NCBI GenBank assembly: GCA_046262715.1
Contig: JBHEMG010000217.1
Span: forward strand, 4,878-68,877
From: Gemmatimonadales bacterium
GTDB lineage: Bacteria; Gemmatimonadota; Gemmatimonadetes; Gemmatimonadales; GWC2-71-9
Direction: 5' to 3'
DNA: 64,000 nucleotides
Made by a program: the position numbers and the translations under genes. Under the pieces are notes generated by a model. It did no database searches and was not told where the DNA came from. It saw only the letters and a program-made list of their open reading frames with translations. Below are positions 32,047-44,666 of the stretch, piece by piece; the first letter of the stretch is position 1; every line of letters begins with the position of its first letter.

Positions 32047-33185
32047 AATACCTCGGGCTGGTCTTCGCCAACCTCGGCCGACACAAGCTCAGAAGTATTC
32101 TCACGATTTTGAGTGTGGCGCTGGCGCTGTTCCTTTTTGCCTCGCTCCGCAGCGTGACGACGACGCTCGCCGCGACCGCGCAGCTCGGCGGCGCTCGTCG
32201 GCTCGTCACCACAAACGCCACGGGGATCGTGTTCGTGCTGCCGCTCGCCTACGGCAACCGCATCAAGGCGTTGCCGGGTGTCACCGGTCTCTCGTGGGCC
32301 AACTGGTTCGGCGGGCGCTACGGTGATGGCAAGAATTTCTTCGCGAATTTCGCCGTGGACCCCGAGTCGTACTTGAAGATGTATCCCGAGTTCATCATTC
32401 CGGCCGACCAGAAGGAAGCGTTCCTGCGGGACCGCACCGGCGCGCTGATCGGCAAGCGCCTGTTGCGGCAGTTCGGGTGGAAGGTGGGGCAGAACGTGAC
32501 GCTGCAGGGCACGATCTTCCCGGGCGATTGGACATTTACGGTCGATGCGGTCTACACGCCGAGCGATCCGTCACTGGGCGACGATGCGCTGGTGTTCCAT
32601 CACGAGTATTTCGACGAGCGGATCGGCCGGGCCGGGATCGCCGGGTGGTACATCGTGGAGATCGACGATCCGGCGCACGCGCCCCGGATCGCCAAAGCCA
32701 TCGACGACATGTTCCGCAATTCGAGCTCGCCGACCAAGACCGGCACGGAGAAGGAATTCCAGGCGAGCTTCGCGACGATGTGGGGCAACGTGAGTTTCCT
32801 CATGAGCACGATCGGGCTGGCCGTCGTGTTCGCGATTCTGCTGGTCACGGCGAACGCGATGATGATGAGTGCGCGCGAGCGGACCGGTGAAATCGCGGTC
32901 CTCAAGACGGTCGGGTTCTCCGATCGTCTTCTGTTCGCGCTCGTGATGGTCGAAGCGGGAGCGCTGGCGCTCACCGGCGCCGCGCTCGGACTCGGGGGCG
33001 CGAAGCTGCTGTACCCCGCGATCAGCTTCAACGGCGCCGGTTTTCTCCCCGGCTTCAAGGTGGCAACCAGCACCCTCGTCGTCGGCGGTCTCGTCGCCGT
33101 CGGACTGATGCTGGCGAGCGGACTCGTGCCGGCGCTCCGCGCCGCGCGCCTCCCGATCGTCCAGGCATTGCGGAAGGTTGAATGA
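32043..33185 (+). CDS. ABC transporter permease (FtsX/MacB-like)
   Basis: 380 aa with a GTGA overlap. The N-terminus MKYLGLVFANLGRHKLRSILT is typical of the MacB_PCD/FtsX family. It has a large periplasmic domain and three C-terminal TM helices ending …RAARLPIVQALR. Confidence 0.85.
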   Translation: MKYLGLVFANLGRHKLRSILTILSVALALFLFASLRSVTTTLAATAQLGGARRLVTTNATGIVFVLPLAYGNRIKALPGVTGLSWANWFGGRYGDGKNFFANFAVDPESYLKMYPEFIIPADQKEAFLRDRTGALIGKRLLRQFGWKVGQNVTLQGTIFPGDWTFTVDAVYTPSDPSLGDDALVFHHEYFDERIGRAGIAGWYIVEIDDPAHAPRIAKAIDDMFRNSSSPTKTGTEKEFQASFATMWGNVSFLMSTIGLAVVFAILLVTANAMMMSARERTGEIAVLKTVGFSDRLLFALVMVEAGALALTGAALGLGGAKLLYPAISFNGAGFLPGFKVATSTLVVGGLVAVGLMLASGLVPALRAARLPIVQALRKVE

Positions 33186-34342
33186 TTCCGATCGTCTACA
33201 ACGTCCGCAGCGTGACACAGCGACCGGTGTCCACGGCGCTCACCGCGCTCGGCGTCGGACTCGTCGTCGCCGTGTTCATCGGCATGCTGGCGCTGGCGAA
33301 CGGATTCAGCGCCGCGCTCGCCAAGACGGGCTCAGACCGCAACGTCATCATCCTGCGCAAAGGCGCCGATTCGGAACTGTCGAGCGGGCTTGGGCGTGAC
33401 GTCGCGAGCATGATTGGCGCCGATCCGCACGTTGCCACGGGATCGGACGGGCACCCGCTCGTGTCACCAGAAGTGTACGTGCTGATTCCGATGGCGAAAT
33501 CGTTCGACACGACGCAGATGGCCAACGTGGTCGTGCGCGGCGTCAGCGATCAGGCGTGGCAGGTGCGGAACAACGTCAAGATCACTGCGGGTCAGAAGCC
33601 GACGTCCGGTCGTGCCGAGGTGTGTGTCGGCAGCCGGTTGACGCAGCGGTTTCCGCACACCAAAGTCGGACAAACGCTGCGCTTTGCGGGGCGCGATTGG
33701 ACCGTCAGCTGCAATTTCACGGCCGCCGGCTCGGCATTCGAATCGGAAGTCTGGGGCGAGAACGAGCAGTTCATGCCGGTCTTCCGCGGCGACGTATTTC
33801 AGTCGATCACGTTCCGCCTGAAAGATCCCGCGGCGTTCCCGGAAGCGCAGCGTGCGCTGCAAGCCGACAAGCGGTCCACCGTCGACGCGCATCGCGAAGC
33901 GGAGTTCTACGCGCAGCAATCGCAGCTCCTGGGACGGATCTTGAGCTTCCTCGCCGTCATGATCACCGCCATCATGGCGGTGGGCGCGGTGTTCGGCGCG
34001 ATCAACACGATGTACGCCGCGATCGCCTCGCGCGCGCCCGAGATCGGCGTCCTGCTGACGCTCGGCTTCAAACCGGGCAGCGTGCTCCTGAGCTTTCTCG
34101 CGGAGTCGGCGTTCATTGCCCTGATCGGCGGCGTGCTGGGGTGTCTGTTCGCGCTGCCGCTGAATGGCATCGTGACCAGCACGACGAACTGGTCGAGCTT
34201 CAGCGAGATCGCGTTCAGCTTCCGGGTCACGCCCGCGCTGCTGCTGGTGGGGATGATCTTCGCGCTGGTCATGGGGATCGTCGGGGGATTCTTCCCCGCA
34301 TTGCGCGCGGCCCGCCTCCAGGTGGTCCAGGCGCTCAGGTGA
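33182..34342 (+). CDS. ABC transporter permease (FtsX/MacB-like), second paralogue
   Basis: 386 aa with an ATGA overlap. It has the same architecture, ending …RAARLQVVQALR. Confidence 0.85.
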   Translation: MIPIVYNVRSVTQRPVSTALTALGVGLVVAVFIGMLALANGFSAALAKTGSDRNVIILRKGADSELSSGLGRDVASMIGADPHVATGSDGHPLVSPEVYVLIPMAKSFDTTQMANVVVRGVSDQAWQVRNNVKITAGQKPTSGRAEVCVGSRLTQRFPHTKVGQTLRFAGRDWTVSCNFTAAGSAFESEVWGENEQFMPVFRGDVFQSITFRLKDPAAFPEAQRALQADKRSTVDAHREAEFYAQQSQLLGRILSFLAVMITAIMAVGAVFGAINTMYAAIASRAPEIGVLLTLGFKPGSVLLSFLAESAFIALIGGVLGCLFALPLNGIVTSTTNWSSFSEIAFSFRVTPALLLVGMIFALVMGIVGGFFPALRAARLQVVQALR

Positions 34343-35505
34343 AAGTGACCGCGCTCGCCGCGCACACGCCGGAAGCGGTGCGCGCGGCGCTCGCGGCAAG
34401 GGGATGGGAAGCGCAGCCCGCCTGGTTCGCCGCAACCGGGATCCAGTCACTCGCCGTACTCATCGAAGACATCACCGAGGACGAACGCGAGGCGCTCGTG
34501 CATTGGGGCACGAAGTCGGGCGCCGATGTGCTCACGGGCGAGGGCTGGGCCCTCGTCGCCGGCGCCGCGAGCCGCATCGCGCCGCTCGCGCGCTACGACC
34601 GCGCCCCGCAGGAGCTCGCGCGGCTCGCGCCGGCGTTGGGCCGGGTGCTCGCGGCGCGGGCGCAGCCGCCGCGCTCCTGGGCGATCCGCGGCGCCGAGCT
34701 CTCGCTCGAGCGGCCGGTGATCATCGGCATCGTGAACGTCACCCCCGACTCCTTTTCCGATGGCGGCCAGCTCCCCTCGACCGCGGCCGCCGTCGCGCAC
34801 GCCGAGCAGCTGATGGCCGACGGCTGCCGACTGCTCGACATTGGCGGGGAGTCCACGCGCCCCGGCGCCGCTCCCGTGCCGGCGGGCGAGGAAATCGCCC
34901 GCGTCGTCCCCGTCATCGAAGCGTTACAGCGCCGCGGGATTGGTCCGCTGTCGGTGGATACGCGGAAAGCCGAGGTGGCGCGGGCGGCAATCGAGGCGGG
35001 CGCCGCCGTGGTGAACGACGTATCGGGGTTGTCCTTCGATCCCGCGCTGGCCGACGTCGCGCGCGCGAGTCAGGCGGGCGTCATCCTCATGCACATGCGC
35101 GGCACCCCCGCGACCATGGACGACTTCGCGGAATACCGGCAGGTGGCCGCGGAAGTCGCCGGCGAGCTCGGGGGGCTCATCGCGCGGGCAGAGCGGGGGG
35201 GCATCGCGCGCGAGCGGATCGTCGTCGACCCCGGATTCGGCTTCGCCAAGACCGCGACGCACAACTTTCGCCTGCTCGATGAACTGGCAACGATCGTCGC
35301 CCTGGGCTATCCTGTAGCCGTCGGCCTTTCGCGCAAGCGGTTTTTGGGGGCCGCGACCGGCCGGCCCGTAGCAGATCGCGATCGCGCCACGGCCGTCGCA
35401 TGCGCCCTCGCCTGGGAGCGGGGGGCGCGGCTGTTCCGGGTCCATGATGTCGTCCTGGCACGCGAAGCCCTTGCACTGGCGAGCGCTACGACCAATCCAA
35501 CGTGA
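34339..35505 (+). CDS. folP: Dihydropteroate synthase with ~110-aa N-terminal extension
   Basis: The ORF is trimmed to GTG 34339 (GTGA overlap). Pterin-binding domain motifs are IIGIVNVTPDSFSDGG, DIGGESTRPGA, SVDT, VNDVSG and DPGFGFAK. The canonical domain begins near residue ~115. Confidence 0.88.
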   Translation: MKVTALAAHTPEAVRAALAARGWEAQPAWFAATGIQSLAVLIEDITEDEREALVHWGTKSGADVLTGEGWALVAGAASRIAPLARYDRAPQELARLAPALGRVLAARAQPPRSWAIRGAELSLERPVIIGIVNVTPDSFSDGGQLPSTAAAVAHAEQLMADGCRLLDIGGESTRPGAAPVPAGEEIARVVPVIEALQRRGIGPLSVDTRKAEVARAAIEAGAAVVNDVSGLSFDPALADVARASQAGVILMHMRGTPATMDDFAEYRQVAAEVAGELGGLIARAERGGIARERIVVDPGFGFAKTATHNFRLLDELATIVALGYPVAVGLSRKRFLGAATGRPVADRDRATAVACALAWERGARLFRVHDVVLAREALALASATTNPT

Positions 35506-36302
35506 ACGTCGACGCCTTTAAGTTCCTCTCCCCGCGGCTCTGGCCGGATCTCTTCGAGATCCTGCTGGTCTCGTTCGTCATCTACCGCTTCCTGCTGTTC
35601 CTCGTCGGCACCCGCGCGCTGCAGATCGTGATCGGTCTGGTGATCCTGTCGCTGACCTATTTCGTCGCGGTGTTCGCGAAGTTCACGATGATCAGCACGC
35701 TGCTCGGCGTCGTCTTCACGTACGGCGCGTTCGCGGCCGTCGTCGTCTTCCAGCCGGAGCTGCGCAACGCGCTCGCCCGGCTCGGGCAATCGCGCTTCAT
35801 GCGCGCCTTCTCGCGCGGGGACCGGCAATCGGTCGCCGAAGAGATTGCCGAGGCGCTCGACCGTCTGTCGCGGGCCGGCACCGGCGCCATCATTGCGGTC
35901 GAGGGCGATATCGGGCTCGAGGAGTTCATCACGACGGGTGTGCCGATGGAAGCCAAGGTGTCAGCCGATCTGCTCACCACCATCTTCACGCCGTACTCGC
36001 CGCTGCACGATGGCGCGGTCCTCATTCGCGGGGACCAGATCATCGGCGCGGGATGCGTGCTCCCGCTCACACAGTTCAAAGTCGCCGATAAATCGCTCGG
36101 CACGCGCCACCGCGCCGCGCTGGGACTGTCGGAGGAAACCGACGCGACCGTGCTCGTCGTGTCGGAAGAGACGTCGACGATCTCCGTGGCGAGCCACGGT
36201 TTGTTGTACCGCCACCTCACGCCGCAGCAGGTGCGTGATCTTCTTTCCGGCGCCGTCTCACATCTCGAAGGCGGCGAGCGCGTGACCCAACCTGCTACCT
36301 GA
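35502..36302 (+). CDS. cdaA: Diadenylate cyclase (c-di-AMP synthase), CdaA type
   Basis: 266 aa with a GTGA overlap with folP and three N-terminal TM helices. DAC domain motifs are GTGAIIAVEG, LHDGAVLIRG, GTRHRAALGLSEETDA and VSEETSTISVA. Confidence 0.9.
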   Translation: MNVDAFKFLSPRLWPDLFEILLVSFVIYRFLLFLVGTRALQIVIGLVILSLTYFVAVFAKFTMISTLLGVVFTYGAFAAVVVFQPELRNALARLGQSRFMRAFSRGDRQSVAEEIAEALDRLSRAGTGAIIAVEGDIGLEEFITTGVPMEAKVSADLLTTIFTPYSPLHDGAVLIRGDQIIGAGCVLPLTQFKVADKSLGTRHRAALGLSEETDATVLVVSEETSTISVASHGLLYRHLTPQQVRDLLSGAVSHLEGGERVTQPAT

Positions 36303-36366
36303 TTCTCCGCCGCGTCCGCCGTACCGGGAGGCCGCCGCTGTCGCGCTCCTGGTTCTCATCGGTTAT

Positions 36367-38610
36367 GTGATCACCCTCGCCCCCACCGTCACGCTGTGGG
36401 ACGCGGGCGAATTCATTACCGCCGCGAAGGTCCTCGGCGTTCCGCATCCGCCGGGCACGCCGCTCTTCGTCCTGCTGGGCCATGTGTGGGCCGACCTGCT
36501 CCCGATCGGCACGTACGCGTGGCGCACGAATCTGATGAGTGCCTGCTTCTCCGCGGCGGGCGCCGGCTGCCTGTTCCTGGTGGCGCATCGATTGCTGGTC
36601 GGCGAGACCGCATGGCTGCGCCTGAGCGGCGCGGCGGCCGCGGCGCTGCTGTCGGCGTTCACGTTCACGGGATGGCAAAACAGCAACGAGACCGAGGTGT
36701 ACACGGTGGCGACATTCAGTATCGCCGCCATCTGCTGGCTGTGCCTGCGCTGGCGTGACGTGCGCGGCTCCGCGCGCGCTCCGCACTTCTTGCTCCTCGT
36801 CATCTACATCGCCGCGCTGTCGATCGGCAATCACCTGCTCGCACTGCTCGTCGGACCTGCCGTCTCGGTGTTCATGCTGTACACGCTGCGCGCATCACCG
36901 GCGGCCGATCCCGCCCAGCGGGGCATGGAATGGGCGGAGTGGGGAGCGCTGAGCGCGCTGTGGATCGTGCTCATCGGTGTCGGACTCGGCAGCGCCCCGG
37001 TGCTCTATGTGGGCGGCGCACTGCTGGTAGCCGCGGTCGTGGCGTGCGTCATGGCCGGCTCGCGCGCCTTTCCGGTTATCGCGATCGCCATCGCCGCGGT
37101 GGGAATTTCGATCTACGCCTTCCTCTATATCCGTTCCGGGCTCCAGCCGCTGCTCGACGAAGCCGATCCCGAGACTTGGAAAAACCTCCTCGCCGTCATT
37201 CGCCGCGAGCAGTTCGGCAGCCGCGGTCTGCTCGACAATCCCAACTTTCCTCCCGGCGCCGGCAACCCCGGCCGGACGCTGACGATGTTTGGGCAACAGT
37301 TGCTCAACTATTTCCAGTATTTCTCGTGGCAGTGGGCGCGCGCCTTGCCGTTCGTCGTCATGGTCGCGGTCTCGTTGGTGTTCCTGACGTTGGGAATCCT
37401 GGGATTCGAGTTCGCGCTCCGCCGGGACCGCGGCTTTGCGTATCTGATCGGCGCGCTGTGGCTGATCACCGGAGTCGGGCTCGTCATCTACATGAACTTC
37501 AAGGCCGGGTTCTCGCTCTTCTGGGATCAATACCGAACGTTCAGCCAGCACGAGGTGCGCGAGCGCGACTATTTCTTCGTCGTGAGCTTCCAGGTTTGGG
37601 GGCTGTTCGCCGGGTTCGGACTCGTGAGGCTGCTGCGAGAAATGCGCGCGGGCGCAAGGCGGGTCTCGGGCACCGTCGCCGCTGGGCTGATCACCGTGCT
37701 GCCGTTTGCCGCGAACTTCACCGCCGCGTCCCGTCGGCACGGACCCGATACGACGATCGCCCGCGACTTCGCCTACAACCTGCTGCAATCGGTTGCGCCG
37801 TACGGCGTCCTCTTCACGTTCGGCGACAACGACACCTTCCCGGTCTGGTATCTCCAGGAAGTGGAGGGGGTCCGGCAGGACGTCATGCTCGTCAACTTGT
37901 CGCTCGCCAATCTCGACTGGTACCTGCGCCAGCTGGCGTCCCGCCCCACGCGGCCGTTCGATGCGACGCGCGCCCCCGCGATTTATCGAACCCTCGTCCC
38001 GCCCACACCTCCGTCGGGGCCGGGCCTGGGACTTTCCGTGCAAAACATCAATGCCTTGCGACCACTCCAGGTCGGCGAAGACGGTGTCTTTCGCGCCGGC
38101 AACTTCGCGCTGCCGATCCGCAAGGGTCAGATATTTCGCATCGCCGACCAGGTAATTCTGTACACGATCGCGTCGTATTTGCCGAATCGCCCCGTGACGT
38201 TCGGCGTGTCGTCGGGCCGCGGCTCCTGGCTGGGACTCGATCCCCATCTCGTCTTCCAGGGCCTCGTCTTCAGCGTGGTGGCGGGCGCCGACTCGGTGAA
38301 ACGGTGGACGCACGGGATGCAGGGGACCATGGTGGACTCCGCGCGCACCAGGATGCTTGTCGACTCGGTCTTCCAGTTCGGGGAGCTCTTTGCCGCGGAC
38401 ACGCTCGCGCTGGAGCCCGCGGCACAGCAGGTCGCGACGTCGTTCGCCGTGCCCTTCCTGGAGCTGGGCAACGCGGCGGCGGTGCGGGGAGACCAGCGGG
38501 CGACCGTCGCATCGCTGCGCCGCGCCTATCACCTGAATCCCAGTCCCGTGCTCGCCGATATCATCCGCCGCGCGGAAACCCAAGGCGTCCAGAGCCTCTT
38601 TCAGCGCTAG
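36367..38610 (+). CDS. DUF2723 domain membrane protein (TMEM260/GT-C-like putative glycosyltransferase)
   Basis: 747 aa, polytopic. The N-terminal signature TLAPTVTLWDAGEFITAAKVLGVPHPPGTPLF is typical of DUF2723. The start codon is uncertain (see findings). Confidence 0.78.
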   Translation: MITLAPTVTLWDAGEFITAAKVLGVPHPPGTPLFVLLGHVWADLLPIGTYAWRTNLMSACFSAAGAGCLFLVAHRLLVGETAWLRLSGAAAAALLSAFTFTGWQNSNETEVYTVATFSIAAICWLCLRWRDVRGSARAPHFLLLVIYIAALSIGNHLLALLVGPAVSVFMLYTLRASPAADPAQRGMEWAEWGALSALWIVLIGVGLGSAPVLYVGGALLVAAVVACVMAGSRAFPVIAIAIAAVGISIYAFLYIRSGLQPLLDEADPETWKNLLAVIRREQFGSRGLLDNPNFPPGAGNPGRTLTMFGQQLLNYFQYFSWQWARALPFVVMVAVSLVFLTLGILGFEFALRRDRGFAYLIGALWLITGVGLVIYMNFKAGFSLFWDQYRTFSQHEVRERDYFFVVSFQVWGLFAGFGLVRLLREMRAGARRVSGTVAAGLITVLPFAANFTAASRRHGPDTTIARDFAYNLLQSVAPYGVLFTFGDNDTFPVWYLQEVEGVRQDVMLVNLSLANLDWYLRQLASRPTRPFDATRAPAIYRTLVPPTPPSGPGLGLSVQNINALRPLQVGEDGVFRAGNFALPIRKGQIFRIADQVILYTIASYLPNRPVTFGVSSGRGSWLGLDPHLVFQGLVFSVVAGADSVKRWTHGMQGTMVDSARTRMLVDSVFQFGELFAADTLALEPAAQQVATSFAVPFLELGNAAAVRGDQRATVASLRRAYHLNPSPVLADIIRRAETQGVQSLFQR

Positions 38611-38642
38611 CGGAGTTCCCGTAGCCCCTATATTCAACGGCT

Positions 38643-39311
38643 ATGAGTTTCGAGGCCCTCGCGGAGCGTCTGGCGCTGGTGCGGGCCGAGATCGCGCGAC
38701 ACGCCGCGGAGCCGGTGACGATCGTCGCGGTGACCAAGGGATTCGGCGTCGATGCCGTGCGGGCCGCGATCGCCGCTGGAGTGTCCGACGTCGGTGAGAA
38801 TCGCGTGCAGGAAGCGCTGCAGAAACAAGACGCGCTGGGTGCGCCCGCCGAGATTCACTGGCATCTGATCGGGCATCTGCAGCGCAACAAGGCGCGCGCG
38901 GTGGCGGGACGGTTCGACTTGATTCATGCGCTCGACTCACTCGAGCTGGCGCAGGAAGTGGACCGCAGGTCCGCGTCGTCCCAACGGGTGCTGTTGCAGG
39001 TGAACGTGGCGGGGGAGTCGCAGAAGAACGGCTGCGCGCCCGAGCGGGCGGTGGATCTGGCGCGACAGATCGCCGCGCTCGCGCATCTGCGGCTTGAGGG
39101 GTTGATGACGCTGGCACCATTTACTGATGACGAGGACGTGCAGCGCCGGACCTTCCGGGATTTGCGCGTTCTGCGGGATACGATCAAGACGGAGGTGGGA
39201 GTATGGCTGCCGACCCTCTCGATGGGGATGTCCGGCGACTACGTTTCGGCGCTCGTGGAGGGAGCAACGGTGATCCGATTGGGTACCGCCCTCTTCGGAC
39301 CGAGGACATGA
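38643..39311 (+). CDS. yggS: YggS-family pyridoxal-phosphate-dependent protein
   Basis: 222 aa. Motifs are IVAVTKGFG (PLP lysine), HLIGHLQRNK and LSMGMSGDY. Confidence 0.9.
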   Translation: MSFEALAERLALVRAEIARHAAEPVTIVAVTKGFGVDAVRAAIAAGVSDVGENRVQEALQKQDALGAPAEIHWHLIGHLQRNKARAVAGRFDLIHALDSLELAQEVDRRSASSQRVLLQVNVAGESQKNGCAPERAVDLARQIAALAHLRLEGLMTLAPFTDDEDVQRRTFRDLRVLRDTIKTEVGVWLPTLSMGMSGDYVSALVEGATVIRLGTALFGPRT

Positions 39312-39745
39312 ACGACGAAGTCTTCACGCTTACGCCGCTCGACATCCGCAAGCAGGAATTTCGCAAGACGCTGCGCGGTTACGACGCGGTGGGTGTGGAG
39401 GATTTTCGTATGCGGGTGGCGGATGCGCTGGAGCGCGCCATTCGCGAACGCCAGGTGCTGGAGGAGCGTCTGGCCGCGCTGACCGAGCAGCTACGCGTGT
39501 TCCGGGAGCGCGAGAAAGCGATGAACGAGGCGCTCGTCGCCGCGCAGCAGCTGCGCCAGGAGACGCGCGCCGCCGCCGAGCGTGAGGGGCAGGCGATTGT
39601 GCGCGAGGCGGAGCTGCAGGCGAGCGCCGTGCAGGCGCGCATGGCCGAAACAGAGCGCCAATATCAGCAGTACGTCGGCGGCTTCCGCGCGCTGCTGGAA
39701 CGCCAGATCGCGGAGCTGCGCGCGCTCGACGGTCAACGCGGGTGA
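39308..39745 (+). CDS. divIVA: DivIVA domain protein
   Basis: The ORF is trimmed to ATG 39308 (ATGA overlap). The N-terminus LTPLDIRKQEFRKTLRGYDAVGVEDF is followed by a coiled coil. Adjacency to yggS is common. Confidence 0.8.
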   Translation: MNDEVFTLTPLDIRKQEFRKTLRGYDAVGVEDFRMRVADALERAIRERQVLEERLAALTEQLRVFREREKAMNEALVAAQQLRQETRAAAEREGQAIVREAELQASAVQARMAETERQYQQYVGGFRALLERQIAELRALDGQRG

Positions 39746-40556
39746 TGGCGGTCGCTGATGCCGTCCGCGCCGTTCGGGCGCGGACCGCCGTCGTACCCGA
39801 AGTCGCCGTTATTCTCGGCACTGGCCTGGGCGCGCTCGCCGACGAAGTGCGCGGCGCGACGGCCATCCCCTATCCCGACATCCCGGGCTTTGCGCTGCCG
39901 ACGGTCGAAACGCACAAAGGGCGGCTGCTGGTCGGCACGCTCGCCGGCCGCCCGGTCGCGATGATGCAGGGACGCTTCCACCGCTACGAAGGCTACACGC
40001 TGCAGCAGGTGGCGTTTCCCGTCCGCGTGCTGCGCGCGCTGGGGGCGAAGACGCTGATCGTGTCCAACGTTTCCGGCGGCATGCACCCGCTCTGGGCGAC
40101 GGGCGATCTCGTGCTACTCTCCGATCACATCAACCTGCTCGGTGATAACCCATTGACCGGACCGAATGTGGACGCGGAGGGCCCGCGCTTTCCCGACATG
40201 TCGACCGCGTACGACCCCGGCCTGCGCACGCTCGCGCGCGCCGTCGCGCTCGAGCACAAAATCGTATTGCGCGAGGGCGTGTACGTCGCCGTGCCCGGCC
40301 CGAACCTCGAAACGCGCGCGGAATACCGCATGTTGCGCGCTCTCGGCGCGGACCTCGTTGGCATGAGCACCGTGCCCGAAGTCATCACGGCGGTGCATCA
40401 GGGCATGCGCGTGTTGGGATTGTCGATCATCACCGACAACTGCCTGCCCGACGCGCTGGAGCCGACGTCGGTCGATCAGATCATCGCCGTCGCTCGCGCC
40501 GCCGAGCCGCAGCTCGCGGCGGTGGTGCGCGGCGTGCTGGAGGGTTTGGAGGGCTG

Positions 40557-40557
<1 letters not shown>
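39742..40557 (+). CDS. Purine-nucleoside phosphorylase (PNP/MTAP family, trimeric type)
   Basis: 271 aa. Motifs are GRFHRYEGY, …NVSGGM…, YVAVPGPNLETRAE and VGMSTVPEV. Confidence 0.9.
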
Positions 40558-43744
<3,187 letters not shown>

Positions 43745-43745
<1 letters not shown>

Positions 43746-44167
43746 TGCCGACCAAGTCCACCAAGGTGAAGGCGAAGCCTGGCCTCAATAAGAAACAGCT
43801 GACGCATCTCGAGAAGCGACTGCTCGAAGAGCGCGCCCGCGTGATCAAGGAGCTGGGTCACTACGGGGAGTCGTTCAACTCGAGTCTCCAAGCCTCGGAT
43901 GGCGACCTCTCGAGCTACTCCTTCCACATGGCCGATCAGGGGACGGACGCCATGGAGCGCGAAAAGCAGTTCCTGTTCGCGTCCCAGGAAGGGCGCTATC
44001 TGTGGCATGTGAACGAGGCGCTGCGCCGGCTGTACAGCGCGCCCGAGCGCTTCGGACGCTGCGAGCAGTGCGGCGATCCGATCGGGTTCGACCGCCTCGA
44101 CGCGCTGCCGCACGCGCGCCTCTGCATCAAGTGCAAGGCCAAAGAGGAAGATGGAAAGCGTCGCTGA
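43745..44167 (+). CDS. TraR/DksA-family C4 zinc-finger protein
   Basis: 140 aa with a coiled-coil N-terminal half and the zinc finger CEQCGDPIGFDRLDALPHARLCIKC. Confidence 0.85.
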
Positions 44168-44666
44168 GCGCCGGTTGTTCTGGGGGACGGCGATCGCGGT
44201 CGTCGTTGCGGATTTTGTCACCAAGCTGATCGCGGAGTCGTTCCTGGCGCGGCGCCTGCCGTTGCCGGTGCTCGGCGACGTCGTGCAGTTCCGCCTCGTC
44301 TACAATGAAGGGGCGGCGTTCGGTCTGCACGTGGGCGACAACTCGCGCTGGATTTTTCTCGGCCTCGCCATCGTCGCGCTGTTCGTGCTCGCCTCGCTGG
44401 TGCGCGGCACCCGTTCCGGCGACCGGTTCCGCCTGCTGTCGCTCGCGCTCGTGTGCGGGGGTGCCGTCGGCAACCTGGTCGACCGCATTCGCAGCGCGCA
44501 GGGCGTTGTCGACTTCGTGGATGTCGGCATCGGCGCCTGGCGCTGGCCGACGTTCAACGTCGCCGATTCGGCGATCACCATCGGCGCCATCGCACTCGGA
44601 CTCTCGCTGTGGCAGGAAGGCCGGGCGCAGCAACGGGCGAAGGAGGCGCGGGCGGCCGAACCTTGA
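44151..44666 (+). CDS. lspA: Signal peptidase II (lipoprotein signal peptidase)
   Basis: 171 aa with four TM helices. Motifs are …YNEGAAFG… and …WPTFNVADSAITIGA…. It sits in the conserved ileS-lspA neighbourhood. Confidence 0.9.
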   Translation: MESVAERRLFWGTAIAVVVADFVTKLIAESFLARRLPLPVLGDVVQFRLVYNEGAAFGLHVGDNSRWIFLGLAIVALFVLASLVRGTRSGDRFRLLSLALVCGGAVGNLVDRIRSAQGVVDFVDVGIGAWRWPTFNVADSAITIGAIALGLSLWQEGRAQQRAKEARAAEP

